This document shows positions 25,493-37,333 of a DNA stretch of 64,000 bases, one piece after another. Made by a program: the position numbers and the translations under genes. This stretch comes from Tubulanus polymorphus (taxonomy: Eukaryota > Animalia > Nemertea). The notes under the pieces were generated by a model. It was not told where the DNA came from, did no database searches, and saw nothing but the letters and a program-made list of their open reading frames with translations. The stretch is from assembly GCF_964204645.1 (NCBI RefSeq), contig NC_134027.1:19740560-19804559 (forward strand), read 5' to 3'. Within the stretch, counting starts at the first letter, position 1; each line of letters opens with the position of its first letter.

Positions 25493-28400
25493 TCTATTAG
25501 CTTTTGAATAATTAGGCCAATTAATAACGTAATAAAGACTTATGCTTTCGCCTATTTTGAAGTCGATTAATCTGATTAATCTGACAACTCGAGGCCCTTT
25601 ATCGCTTCCGTACAGTCGTCATATCACTGGCGTCCTCAACTTTCAGCAACGCCAGTCACATGGAGTCGTACGTGTTCTACTTTCTGCGACGCGACACGAC
25701 TGTCACAACCAACTGACACAATCGTATTGCAACCGACATGCACCAAAACTTGCGAGGATCGCATCGTGTCACAAGACCTACCTACGTCCGGCTTTAAGTT
25801 ACTGCGGAGCACCAGAAATATCTTTTTCTTTCGTTCAAAAGACCTTTCGCTTGAAAATTCTTTCGTCGGAACAAAATTTATTTCGTTCGAACCAATAATA
25901 TTCTATACGATTGAACCAATTTAAAAAAATCGTTAGAACAAAGTTGAACAAACTTTTTTTTGTCCAAACGAAAGGTTTTTCGTTCGAACAATCGTTCAAA
26001 TTTGAACAGAATTTTCTTGTCAGAACATTAAGTTTTTCGTTCGAACAAGTATATTGAAAAAAGTTTTTTCTCCGAACCGAAGGTATTAAGTATTTCGTTC
26101 AATCGAACAGAATTGTTTTCATTCAAACATTGGTTCGAAAAAATTGTTTTTGCTCAACCAAATTTTTTTGCCGGGACTAAAAATTTTTCATTTCAACAAT
26201 AACATAGCTTTTTATTCGAACACATTTTTTGTCAGGATGAAGAAAATTTTTGGTTCAAGCAAAAAGCGTATTGTTCGATCAAACAGAATAACTTTCATTC
26301 GAACGAGATTTTCTTGTTGGAACATTAAGTTTTTAAGTCGAACAGCGTGTTAAGGTCGATTTGGAAATTTACTCGGTCTGGTATATGTTGGATTACTGTG
26401 TATATCATTTGTCAGGACATTAAACACAAGACAACTTAGGATACTACCTTGCGTGACTCCACTAGTTTGATCGACTTATTCCAAGATGAGGCTTTCCGTT
26501 GATTTCGGCTACAAGTTTTCGTTCAGAGATAACTGCTGAGCCATTTGGGCGACCTATCATTGATACTGTTTCCTAATAGCCTGTTTAGTAATGGCTGATG
26601 TTGTGCCTTATCAAATGCTTTGTCGAAATCCACCGTTGAACAGGATTCTAAGACTGTGCAGAAAACCCGTCATCGCTGCTTTGCAGCTATATTTATTATT
26701 ATTATTATTATTTTTTTCCACACTTTTTTTGTCAAAAGTACATAGGCTTTTTTACATTACCGCTGTTGCCGATACAATCCGTCTGATATCATTCAGCTCA
26801 CTTCGATCTACAAATACTCCGTGCGAATTTTGAAGAATCAACGTTACAAAAGCACTGTCGGGCCGTAAACATCGAAAATTGAGCCCAATTCAAAGAGCCG
26901 ACATGTTTTTCTAAGTCGTCTTTCCGAAATCTACCGCACGTGTCTTGACACATCGATTATCAATTCAAGCATAAATTAACAAATTTATTACCCAAAGATT
27001 GCACATTCTGTCGCGGTTTTTAAAAACTAATTTTAACAATAACCCATTTTCCTCATCAAATTATAATACCAATACACAGGAAATTTACTACTTTAGATTT
27101 TAAAAGCACTGTCGAGCCGTAAACATCGACAAATTCGGCGAGTTTCTCCTCATTCTGAGAATCAAATCGAGTACAAATTAATTTATTACTACCAGTGATT
27201 TGGCTGCGGGCGTCAAGCAGTTAATTTAGCAATACCTATTTTTCAATACCAAATTTACCGTGTTTTTACTAAGATAAATCATAAGTGTACCGGGGAGTCG
27301 TAGGCCTAAACTGAACACGCCGAAGAGATTATAGCGGAGAAAAGCTGTTATGTCGACGAGGTATCAAAATAAAAGAATATATTACTTTATTCGGCCGCGG
27401 GCCTCCATATCAATACCATCAATACTCTATATTTCCTACAGTACATACCGATCATTGTCAAATCCACAAGGTATTTACTAAATACAAGTATAAAACACAC
27501 TCCTATCCGTATGCTGGAATCACACTTGACATTCGGAGTAAGCGTTCGCTGTGGGGGAAAGGAGATCGTTCGCTGTGTCACTTGAAGTGTTTATCGAGTT
27601 TTACGCGACCTTAAAGCTTTAGTATGGTGGCTGATAAGATGTCACGAATATGCAAATGAGGGCGACATTACGACAAAACGACAAAACTAAAATAACGTGA
27701 GAAAACAATGATTTTGATTTTGTCGCCCGCGACAATTCATTATTTTGGTTTTATCGCCCACAACAATTCATTACTTTGGTTTTATCGCCAGCGACAATGC
27801 ATTATTTTGGTTTTGTCGCCCGCGACAATTGTTCTTTTTGGTTTTGTCGCCCGCGACAATTCATTATTTTGGTTTTATATTTTGTTTTTGTCGCCCGCGA
27901 CAATTTTCTTTTTTGGTTTTGTCGCCTGCGACAATTCAATATTTTGGTTTTATCGCCTGCGACAATTCAATATTTTGGTTTTATCGCCCGCGATTATTCA
28001 TTATTTTGGTTTTGTCGCCTGAGAAAATTCATTATTTTGGTTTTATCGCCCGCGACAATTCATTATTACGGTTTTATCGCCCGCGACAATTCATTATTTC
28101 GGTTTTGTCGCCCGCGACAATTCACCATTTTGGTTTTGTCGCCCTCGACAATTCATTATTTCGGTTTTATCGCCCGCAACAATTCATTATTTTGGTTTTA
28201 TCGCCAGTGACAATTCATTATTTTGGTTTTGTCGCCCCGACAATTCTTTTTTTTGTTTTGTCGCCCGCGACAGTTCATTCGTTTGGTTTTGTCACCCGCG
28301 ACAATTCAATATTTTGGTTTTGTCGCCCGCGACAATTCAATATTTTGGTTTTATCGCCTGCGATAATTCATCATTTTGGTTTTATCGCCCGCGACAATTC

Positions 28401-29878
28401 ATTATTTTGGTTTTGTCGCCCGAGACAATTCATTATTTTAGTTTTATCGCCCGCGAAAATTCATTATTTTGGTTTTATCGCCCGCGACAATTCATTATTT
28501 TGCTTTTGTCGCCCGCGACAATTCACCATTTTGGTTTTGTCGCCTGGACAATTCACCATTTTGGTTTTGTCGCCCGCGACAATTCATTATTTTGGTTTTG
28601 TCGCCCCGACAATTCTTTTTTTGGTTTTGTCGCCCCGACAATTCTTTTTTTGGTTTTGTCGCCCGCGAAAATTCATAAGTTTGGTTTTGTCGCCCGCGAC
28701 AATTCAATATTTTGGTTTTATCGCCCTCGACAATTCATTACTTTGGTTTTATCTCCAGCGACAATTCATTATTTTGGTTTTGTCGCCCGCGACAATTCTT
28801 GTTTTTGGTTTTGACGCCCGCGACAATTCATTATTTTGGTTTTATACTTTGTTTTTGTCGCCCGCGACAATTTTTTTTTTGGTTTTGTCGCCCGCAACAA
28901 TTCAATATTTTGGTTTTATCGCCCGCGACAATTCAATATTTTAGTTTTATCGCCCGCGATAATTCATTATTTTGGTTTTATCGCCTGCGACAATTCAATA
29001 TTTTGTTTTTATCGTCCGCGACAATTCATTATTTTGGTTTTATCGCCCGCGACAATTCAATATTTTGTTTTTATCGTCCGCGACAATTCATTATTTTGGT
29101 TTTGTCGCTCGAGACAATTTATTATTTTGGTTTTATCGTCCGCGACAATTCATTATTTTGGTTTTGTCGCTCGAGACAATTCATTATTTTGGTTTTATCG
29201 CCCGCGACAAATCATTAGTTTGGTTTTGTCGCCCGCGACAATTCAATATTTTGGTTTTATCACCCGTGACAATTCATTAGTTTGGTTTTGTCGCCCGCGA
29301 CAATTCTTTTTCAGTCCACTTGGGACTTTAGTCCCAGCGGGCTATTGTGTTCACTTTTCGTCCGTCCGTCCGTCTATAGACGGAATCCAGTTATTTTGGG
29401 AAGTTTTGAAGACGCTTCAAGGTCATTGGTTTTAGTATGTGGCCATCAGGGGGCGTTGAATAATACAATAACTTAGTATTGCTATATTATATTTGTACCA
29501 AGGCATATTTTGTTACCATGATCAATTGCAAAGTTGTAGTTCATGACATCGTCTATGATAGTGGTGAGTTTTTAAGGACATTAGTTTTTCCATATAGTCA
29601 CCAGGGGGCGTTGAATAGTAGAAAAGCTTAGTTTTTCCTTATTAGATTGGTACCTAGGCGTAGTTTGTTACCATGATCCATTGCAAAGTTGTAGATCATG
29701 ACATCGTCTATGATTGTGGTGAGTTTTCAAGGACATTAGTTATTCCATATAGTCACCAGGGGGCGTTGAATAGTAGAATGGCTTAGTATTTCCTTATTAG
29801 ATTGGTACCTAGGCATATTTTGTTACTATGATCAATTGCAAAGTTGTATTTCATGACATGTACTACGATTGTGGTGAG

Positions 29879-30131
29879 ATAAATGAAGAAATCCCACACT
29901 TCGAATTTGAAATTATACTATCAAATTTATTATTACGAAACCACAACGTTTCGGCTGTTGACTAACAGCCATCATCATCATCATTCCACCTGATGATGGC
30001 TGTTAGTCAACAGCCGAAACGTTGTGGTTTCGTAATAATAAATTTGATAGTATAATTTCAAATTCGAAGTGTGGGATTTCTTCATTTATCTACAGTTTAC
30101 ACGGATTATAGTGTTTATTCGACAACTAACT
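29879..30131. mobile_element. Penelope-like inverted pseudo-LTR insertion (101-bp perfect inverted repeat)
   Basis: Arms 29877-29977 and 29991-30091. Flanking 12-bp duplication gattgtggtgag (29867-29878 / 30132-30143). The host 155-bp period is lengthened by about 265 bp at this point. Confidence 0.8.
29986..30027 (+). ncRNA. Minimal type I hammerhead ribozyme
   Basis: ccac-CTGATGA-t-ggctgtt(agtc)aacagcc-GAAAC-GTT-gtgg: intact core, stem I ccac/gtgg, 7-bp stem II, palindromic short stem III (aacgtt). Confidence 0.85.
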
Positions 30132-31293
30132 GATTGTGGTGAGTTTTAAGGTCATTGGGTTTTGCATATGGTCACCAGGGGCGTTGAATAGTAGAATAAC
30201 TTAGTATTTCCATATTAAATTGGTAACGAGGCATATTTTGTTATCACAATCAATTACAAAATCATAGCTGCTCACATGTTCTATGATTGTGGTGGGTTTC
30301 AAGGTCATTGGTTTTTGTATATGGTCACTAGAGGGCGTTATGTTTTGAAATTGTTAGATTGTTGAGCATTTGAAACCACTTCCCAAGTGAGCATGGTGTC
30401 CCTGGACCCCTAGTTTGGTTTTGTCTCCCGCAACAATTCTTTATTCTGGTTTTGTCGCACGCAACAATTCAATATTTTGTTTTTGTCGTCCGCGACAATT
30501 CATTATTTTGGTTTTATCGCCCGCGACAATTCATTATTTTGGTTTTATCGCCCGCGACAATTCATTATTTTTGTTTTGTCGCCCGTGACAATTCAATATT
30601 TTGGTTTTGTCACCCGCGACAATTCATAATTTTGGTTTTGTCCCCGTGGTTTTGTCGGAACATTAAGTTTTTTGGTCGAACAGTGTGTTAAGGTCGTTTT
30701 GGAAATTTACTCGGTCTGGTATATTTTGGATTACTGTGTATGTCATTTGTCAGGACATTAAACAGAAGACGACTTAGGATACTACCTTGCGTGACTCCAC
30801 TAGTTAGACCGTCTCATTCCGAGATGAGGCGTTCCGTTGATTTCGGTTACAAGTTTCCGTTCAGAGATAACTGCTGAGCCATTTTAACGACCTATCATTG
30901 ATACTGTTTCCTAATAGCCTTTTTAGTAATGGCTGATGTTGAGCCTTATCAAATGCTTTGTTGAAATCCACCGTTGAACAGGATTCTAAGACTGTGCAGA
31001 AAACCCGTTATCGCTGCTTTGCAGCTATATTTACTACCAGTGAATTGGTTGCGGACTTCAAGCAGTTAGTTTAACAATACCTATTTTTCTTTACCAAATT
31101 AACCGTGTATTTACTAAGATAATCATAAGTATACCGGGGAGTCGTAGGCCTAAACGAAACACGCCGAAGTGATATAGCGGAGAAAAGCTGTTTTGTCGAC
31201 GAGGTATCAAAATAAAAGAATATATTCCTTTATTCGGCCGCGGGCTTCAACCTCTATATCAATACCATCAATACTCTATATTTCCTACAGTAC

Positions 31294-32565
31294 TGATCCG
31301 CAGCAAGATTCCGTAGTAACTAAAAAATGTTTGTAATGATGGTTTTTGTTTACGTTGGTGGTTTCTTTATGGGTATCAGACAGCAAACGATGTGTGCAAG
31401 TTGTTGTTTGATGCTTTGATCTACCAGCGCTGACAATAAATCAGCCAGGGGTAAAAATAATTCTTCCTCGGTTCTTGTGCTGCGATATCTGGCAAACATT
31501 CAGAATTATTTTTAAAAAACTTAATGATAGACGGAACTGTAATTGGTTGGGTCGGAACGATGAGGTGCTTTGATAGTGTGGTTTGTGCAGGGATCTCGCT
31601 GTTACTTCTTGATACTCCCGACTACTTTCTATAAAAGGAAGAACCGGAAGTATAGGAAGACATTGTTGTTTTGCTTTATCCTGTATTATTATAGAGTTAG
31701 TTAAATTATAAATGAAAATTGGTATAATAAGTATAGAATGATTTTAGATTTGATAATTAATTACATTGTATTTCTGAATCAAAAGTTTACTATTGTTGAT
31801 TGGAAAAAGAAACGATGAGTTTGTTCCATAATCTAGGTGAAAACTAAGTTTTGAAAATATATCTAAATTAAGTATCCTGGATGTTAATTAAGGACAAGAC
31901 CTTTATAATCGCTTAAGTTTTATGGAAGTTTAATTGTGGCAAATATCAATACTAGCTCTCTAAGGTTTCTGTTGGTGTACATGTCTGTTGGTAACTCGTA
32001 GAGAATGGCTGCTCTCTCAACGATGATGGGTAGGGAGTGAGTAAATCAAAGCGCGTTATGACAGGAGGGTTGGAAAGAAAAGTTACTTTGGCAAATCAGT
32101 TTCTCAAATAATTTTAGATTAGCGAATCATTAAGGCTAATTCTACATGTCCAAAACCGTCATGACAGCTAGGTTGCTGCTCCTTGCCAAAAGTCGAACGG
32201 GAGAGTCGGCGTTCTAGGAATGCCGATCTTTTCCATAAAAGAGGCCCGCAGTCTTGAGAAAGCAGACTTACCCGGGGACGCTCGTTAAGATACTTGAGAG
32301 TTGGGTGGAAATACCAGAATTAAGACGGGTTACCAACAGTAGTGTACAATAGGAATTTAGAGTTAGGAATTGAACTGTGTGCTATCTGGAGATATTACTA
32401 TTATCAAGGTAAATAAAATCTATTTTATTATTATTATATTCAATCAGAATTTCGGCATTTTAGTTTAATTATTTGGGTTTGTGCACGGACACGTTCTCTC
32501 GCCAGGGACCGATCTTTACGTTTTTATATTCAACGATTAAGGAGAGGATTGTGACCGGTGTATCA
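31294..32565 (+). repeat. 5' LTR (1272 bp, TGAT...ATCA)
   Basis: Direct repeat of 44930-46182 with few substitutions and one ~19-bp indel. TATA-like cataaaaga and aataaa signals present. Confidence 0.95.
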
Positions 32566-32566
32566 C

Positions 32567-32580
32567 TGGTGCCGAAACCC
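32567..32580 (+). promoter_or_regulatory. Primer-binding site, tRNA-Phe-type
   Basis: tggtgccgaaaccc, 1 nt after the LTR, is complementary to the 3' end of eukaryotic tRNA-Phe (..GGGUUUCGGCACCA). Confidence 0.85.
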
Positions 32581-32638
32581 TTACTGTTTAGTTCTTTTGT
32601 GCCGGAAACTTTTGCATTAGTAATTAATTGTTGTTCAA

Positions 32639-33166
32639 ATGGTATACATTTTTATATGCTCACATTGTGGTGCGAGGAACGCATTCTCTAAGAAGCACCG
32701 CACTACAACCAACTCACCATACAAAAAGAAATTGTGGGGGTTGAACCCACCTAATACCAAACCGTTTGAAATTCCGGTCGAGTTTCGGGAACCATTGTGG
32801 GATTTGAACCCACTGCCAACTCCGGTCGACCCTGTTGAGACACTGCGGGATTCGAACCCCAGAGGTGCACAGCCATTTGAAATCCCGGAAGAGTATCGGG
32901 AGCCGTTGTGGGATTCGAACCCACTGCTGACTTTGGCCGTATCTGCTGAGCCTTTACGGGATTCTAACCCGACCGACACTCAGCGCGAAGCTTCGATCAC
33001 CTCGAGGGATCCAAACCCTCTCGAACGCCGGCAAAGGGTAATGCCAGTGAAAGTGCCCGAGAAATTCGACCCATTTTGGGCACATTTCTTTCGTGATTTT
33101 GCAAACCCGGCCGAGTTGTTCTTTGGTGATAAAGACGCTGACGGCTATTTCCTTTGTCCAGCATAG
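32639..33166 (+). CDS. Putative accessory ORF upstream of gag (CxxC; (W/R)DSNP repeats)
   Basis: 175-aa ATG-initiated ORF between AT-rich spacers; repeats coincide with hairpin motifs. Confidence 0.45.
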   Translation: MVYIFICSHCGARNAFSKKHRTTTNSPYKKKLWGLNPPNTKPFEIPVEFREPLWDLNPLPTPVDPVETLRDSNPRGAQPFEIPEEYREPLWDSNPLLTLAVSAEPLRDSNPTDTQREASITSRDPNPLERRQRVMPVKVPEKFDPFWAHFFRDFANPAELFFGDKDADGYFLCPA

Positions 33167-33260
33167 ACTAAGGGGGTCTTATAGTACCAGTCAATTGTTA
33201 ACTTTATGATTGCCTGATTGTTATTTGTGAAAAATATTTGGTGTTGTTTGTGATTGATAC

Positions 33261-33701
33261 ATGTCAGCTGGGTTGAGGCGTGGTTACTGTGGGGCAACGG
33301 TGTACAAGATGCACACGCTTGCCCCAGTCCCCAAGTCTAGTTGGGAGGTACCAGCTCATTTAAGGGAGCCACTGTGGGATTCGAACCCACTTAGCACCAA
33401 GGGGACCACTAACAACAGAGCTGCTGAACAGCCACTGTGGGATTCGAACCCACTTAGCATCAAGGGTATTACCAACGACAGAGCTGTTGAACAGCCACTG
33501 TGGGATTCAATCCCACTCAGCACAAAGGGTACCAATAACGACGGAGCGGTCGGACAGACTCTGAGGGATTCGAACCCTCCACCCAGCGGGCTTAATACTT
33601 ATACGTCTACCTGGGATCAGGGGGATTTCAGTTTATGTGCTATCCCTGACCATAACGTATTGTTGGCTGATAAGTCGCGAATATACAGCTACTTTGATTA
33701 A
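33261..33701 (+). CDS. Putative accessory ORF 2 (21-aa PLWDSNP repeats; C-terminus resembles the Env tail)
   Basis: 146-aa ORF with 63-bp repeats; ends DFSLCAIPDHNVLLADKSRIYSYFD. Confidence 0.45.
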   Translation: MSAGLRRGYCGATVYKMHTLAPVPKSSWEVPAHLREPLWDSNPLSTKGTTNNRAAEQPLWDSNPLSIKGITNDRAVEQPLWDSIPLSTKGTNNDGAVGQTLRDSNPPPSGLNTYTSTWDQGDFSLCAIPDHNVLLADKSRIYSYFD

Positions 33702-33793
33702 ATTGGGGTTATTTATTGAAATTATAATAAGCAATTAAACTCGAATTGTATAATTTTCTTTTTGGTGATTATTATTTGTAAGTTAGTACGTTA

Positions 33794-34507
33794 ATGTCGG
33801 GGTCGATTACGGTAAGGTGCACAAACAACCGTCGTAGCACTGGTTATTGGAGTACACTACCCCGAAAAAGGTGTCTCACTACTGTGAGTATAGCACCCGC
33901 AACACCTACCATCATAACTGCTTCCCCTGGGACCAGTGCTGGGACTCCAACTTCTCAGTCTTCAGACTTTGACTTTTTGGATAGTTGTTTGTATTGTGAG
34001 TGCCCAACGTTAGCGGTTTTTCAGGACCAGGTAAATTGTACTTGCTCGTCTTCAGTGACCCCTTCTCCGCCCCTAAGTCCTTCGGGTACGGATTCGAACC
34101 GAGATAGCTCGATACGGACTGGTGAACCTTTCACACGGCCGCCGTCATCAGCTGGATCAACCGGTTCCAGCGACTCAAGCTTTTCATGCTGTTGTTCGGT
34201 GCCGCCTGGTTCACCTATAGGGATTGATCAGTTCGACTCAGAGCAACCGGCAGACCTGTCTGCAACTCGATCTTTAAACAGACCATTAGCAATTGTTACG
34301 CCTGTAGCGGGCCAACTGTTGGGCGGACATTTGGGCGCACCTGTCCAAAGTTTTCCAGTAGACCTGTCCTTAGGTGCGTCTGCGGGTGACCAATCGTTGG
34401 ATCTGTCGCCCAGCAGGGGTATAGGCCGATTTTCGGAAAGTCAGTCTGCCCTTGGCCCTTGCACCTCGTGGATTTTTGAGGAGATGACATTCTTTCGTCA
34501 TTTTTAA
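33794..34507 (+). CDS. Putative accessory ORF 3 (Ser/Pro/Cys-rich)
   Basis: 237-aa open frame; no recognisable domain. Confidence 0.4.
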   Translation: MSGSITVRCTNNRRSTGYWSTLPRKRCLTTVSIAPATPTIITASPGTSAGTPTSQSSDFDFLDSCLYCECPTLAVFQDQVNCTCSSSVTPSPPLSPSGTDSNRDSSIRTGEPFTRPPSSAGSTGSSDSSFSCCCSVPPGSPIGIDQFDSEQPADLSATRSLNRPLAIVTPVAGQLLGGHLGAPVQSFPVDLSLGASAGDQSLDLSPSRGIGRFSESQSALGPCTSWIFEEMTFFRHF

Positions 34508-34645
34508 GGGAAGGGATTACGGTGGAGGAGGTTGCCCGTACTTGGGAAAACCTACTTTGTTGGGCTGATCGCCAGGATCAGGTTTAGAATTTAAAAGTAG
34601 CATCATCGTAGGGATAATAATAATTTGATTACTCTGGTTTAGAAA

Positions 34646-35800
34646 ATGGCAACTAGAAGCGGGACAACATACGGGTCGGACGATGCGGGTGGCTTGCAGG
34701 GGCAAACCTCTACAGGAGGGAACCCACAGGGTCACCCCCCAATTAGCAATGACACGGTTTTAGAGGCCCTCTCGGGCTTACGCGAACAGGTGGACACGGC
34801 CACCGCGTTTATGAACTTCTCCATGCTCCCGAAATTTACAGGACGAGACAGTCAGTGCGTCTCTGATTGGTTCAGAGGGTTCAATCGTTTGGCCGATCTG
34901 AGAGGCTGGGACGAAAATGCCAAAAAGAAACAGTTGTATTGGTTTTTGGCTGGCCCAGCCCTAGTTCTATTCAATGACCTCCGCATTGATCAGGCGACCG
35001 ATTCGACAAAAATTACCACTCCCTGGGAGCATATTGTCCATGCATTTTGCACGCAATTTAGCCCTACCTCGTGGGCCTTGGTCAAGGAGTCGGCCTTGAC
35101 GACAATGCGACAGGGGGAAACGCAACCGGTCGATAGGTTTCCGGAGGAAATTGATCGGGTGGCCTCAAGTTTGAAGTTCTCGGACCACCAGAAAAAGATG
35201 TTATTGATCAATAACTCTCGGCCTGACATTTCAGTCTATCTGTTGTCGCAACGTCCAACAACTTTTAGGGATGCATGGGAGGCAGCCAGAATGGCTGAAC
35301 ATATCGAACAACGAAAGGCCCTGTCGTCTCCCAAGATATCGCAAATTGGGACCGAACCAAATAAGGCGATAGGGGATGTCATGACGGAGCTACGGGACAT
35401 GTTCCGCCAAATCATGGACACACAAAAGTCTACCCGAACTCAGCGGAATGATAGGGGTACTTATTATAGCGAGAACCGTCCATCACAACGGTCACAAGAT
35501 GGGCAGGTGGTGTGCTACCAATGTCACGCCCCCGGTCATTACGCCAGGAATTGTCCAACTTGGCGTTACGACCAACAAAGGTCGCGGGTCTCGCCAAACC
35601 GGGACGCATTTCAGCGTGATAATCGCCGTCCCCAAAACTTTGGTAGGGGCCAGTTTCGGTCACAGAATATTGGACGTGGTTCCCAAGGGGCTAATCGAAC
35701 ATTTAGTCAGGGAAACGACCGGGGACCTCATCTTATGGACCGACAAGGGTGGGGTCGCGCAATGAATGGTCAACAGAGCCCTCGCCCGATTCGGCGATAA
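34646..35800 (+). CDS. gag: Gag with CCHC zinc knuckle
   Basis: 'LPKFTG', 'W...F...A...GW', 'L.GPA..F', 'RQGETQPV' (MHR-like), CYQCHAPGHYARNC. Confidence 0.92.
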   Translation: MATRSGTTYGSDDAGGLQGQTSTGGNPQGHPPISNDTVLEALSGLREQVDTATAFMNFSMLPKFTGRDSQCVSDWFRGFNRLADLRGWDENAKKKQLYWFLAGPALVLFNDLRIDQATDSTKITTPWEHIVHAFCTQFSPTSWALVKESALTTMRQGETQPVDRFPEEIDRVASSLKFSDHQKKMLLINNSRPDISVYLLSQRPTTFRDAWEAARMAEHIEQRKALSSPKISQIGTEPNKAIGDVMTELRDMFRQIMDTQKSTRTQRNDRGTYYSENRPSQRSQDGQVVCYQCHAPGHYARNCPTWRYDQQRSRVSPNRDAFQRDNRRPQNFGRGQFRSQNIGRGSQGANRTFSQGNDRGPHLMDRQGWGRAMNGQQSPRPIRR

Positions 35801-37287
35801 GGAGTGATTTTTGGTGGGACGACTCATATTCATATCATAGATATGACGATGACAGTCCTGTAATCGACGATTATATTTTTAATGATGTTGATGATTATTT
35901 TGAGGACGATAGGGATGATATATTCGACATGTCATTTGATCAGGGCGACATGCTAGCTGACTCATTTTCTCTTTATTTTGACCCTGAGGGGAACTGTAAT
36001 GTAGATTACTTAGATGAACATGAACCTTTACATTTAGATAAGTTTATTGATCATCACACTCCTTCATGGGGTGCCGATGACGTATATGACATTCAAGATC
36101 GTAACTTTGGGAACAGCTGGAGGGACAATACCCAGTTGTCGTTTGATGGAAATTTTTATATGGATCGGGGATCCAATTTTGAGGACGGCTGGATGAATAA
36201 TTCCCAGTTGTCGGTTACTAGAGAGCCTGTAAAAAGACACAGGAGGGTCACATTTAGCGATCCGGTTGAATTGCAGGAGGTACGTGCTGATATGGCGTGC
36301 TCGGGTGACAATATTAGTATAAATAGGTCACACCCTAGAGGGGTTAATGGTCCGACGGATTCGGCAGAAGATGACCTTTTTAGAGATAAGAAGTCTCAAT
36401 TGAATTGTCACGAACGCACTCTTGATCAGTATAAGTACCCGGTAACTTCCGAATCAGCAGTACAATGTGACCTAGTGTCAGTTGATTTAAGTAATAACAG
36501 TCCACGGACGGAATGTCGTAATGATCATCATGATACGGAGACTGTCGTATCGAATGTATCAAATCAGGTGTCAACATCGGAAAATTGTTGTCGGTTATTC
36601 GGTAATGAAATGTCCAACGTACGGGACGGAGGTCAGGTTGTCCCCACGTCTGAACCAATTATGCCAACCAACGACAATGTTGGAATAGGAGATTCGAACT
36701 CCGAGTTTCAACCTACTATTCACTGTCAGGAACAACTTCCGCCTATTACGACGACGTTAGGTGACACGCCAACCAACGACATTTGGTCTCTTTCTAGTCA
36801 GAATAATCCTGTTGAACAAGAGGTTTATTCCCCGTCGATCATGGCAACTGTCGCTAACCGAGTGACAGGTAGCCATTCGGGGACACCGTTAAGTATTTTG
36901 ATCGACACTGGCGCCGAAATATCTGTATTATCGAACGATTATTTTACGACTCATCCTCGGATATCAAATGGCCCTTTGCAGGTCGGTCAATTCCAATCTG
37001 CCCGTGGGGTAGATGGAACTAAATTTGACCTGAGAGGAGTTATTTGTGTGGATTTTGTGTTAGGCAATTTGGAAATTACGCACTCTATGTACGTGGTAGA
37101 CGGTATCACGTCCGATGTAATTCTTGGAGCTGATTTCTTAGAACAAAACCGGGCAGTTATTGATTATGCAAGAAAGGCCCTTTTGTTACCAGGGGCCGAT
37201 GCAATTTACTTCAATAATACTGTCAATTTGGGCAAGTCTTCGTCCGTCAAGATTACGCGAATGACTGTCATTCCCCCCCTCATGTGA
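35749..37287 (+). CDS. Aspartic protease preceded by a long acidic/disordered region
   Basis: 'ILIDTGAEISVL' and 'VILGADFL'; overlaps the gag end in another frame. Confidence 0.88.
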   Translation: MGSRNEWSTEPSPDSAIRSDFWWDDSYSYHRYDDDSPVIDDYIFNDVDDYFEDDRDDIFDMSFDQGDMLADSFSLYFDPEGNCNVDYLDEHEPLHLDKFIDHHTPSWGADDVYDIQDRNFGNSWRDNTQLSFDGNFYMDRGSNFEDGWMNNSQLSVTREPVKRHRRVTFSDPVELQEVRADMACSGDNISINRSHPRGVNGPTDSAEDDLFRDKKSQLNCHERTLDQYKYPVTSESAVQCDLVSVDLSNNSPRTECRNDHHDTETVVSNVSNQVSTSENCCRLFGNEMSNVRDGGQVVPTSEPIMPTNDNVGIGDSNSEFQPTIHCQEQLPPITTTLGDTPTNDIWSLSSQNNPVEQEVYSPSIMATVANRVTGSHSGTPLSILIDTGAEISVLSNDYFTTHPRISNGPLQVGQFQSARGVDGTKFDLRGVICVDFVLGNLEITHSMYVVDGITSDVILGADFLEQNRAVIDYARKALLLPGADAIYFNNTVNLGKSSSVKITRMTVIPPLM

Positions 37288-37333
37288 GGTCATCATAGAC
37301 GGAAAGTACTCGATTGACGGGACACAAGCATCG

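Larger units (their letters stand above)
29309..30415 (+). mobile_element. Second HINE-like element with 155-bp internal repeats
   Basis: Subterminal IR cacttggga / tcccaagtg, 5' hairpin tgggac-ttta-gtccca, (gtcc)n microsatellite, repeats containing cagggggcgttgaata, ends ..ctagtt. Confidence 0.75.
27708..30650. repeat. 32-bp satellite array, interrupted at 29309-30415
   Basis: Same unit as 24117-25492. Confidence 0.95.
23700..31293. repeat. ~4-kb macro-repeat units (flank A + 32-bp satellite + flank B), left part
   Basis: 23700-27600 is collinear with 46335-50050. A further diverged unit runs 27540-31293 and resumes at 46203 after the LTR element. Confidence 0.85.

Noticed and set aside
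24154-29476. Long ORFs of VLSPATIHYFGFIARDNS repeats (also 46727-47850)
   Set aside because: They are open in all three frames because the satellite lacks stops on one strand; there is no evidence of coding.
32734-33579. Complete tRNA genes on the minus strand
   Set aside because: Only T-arm-like hairpins are evident; I could not build acceptor, D or anticodon arms.
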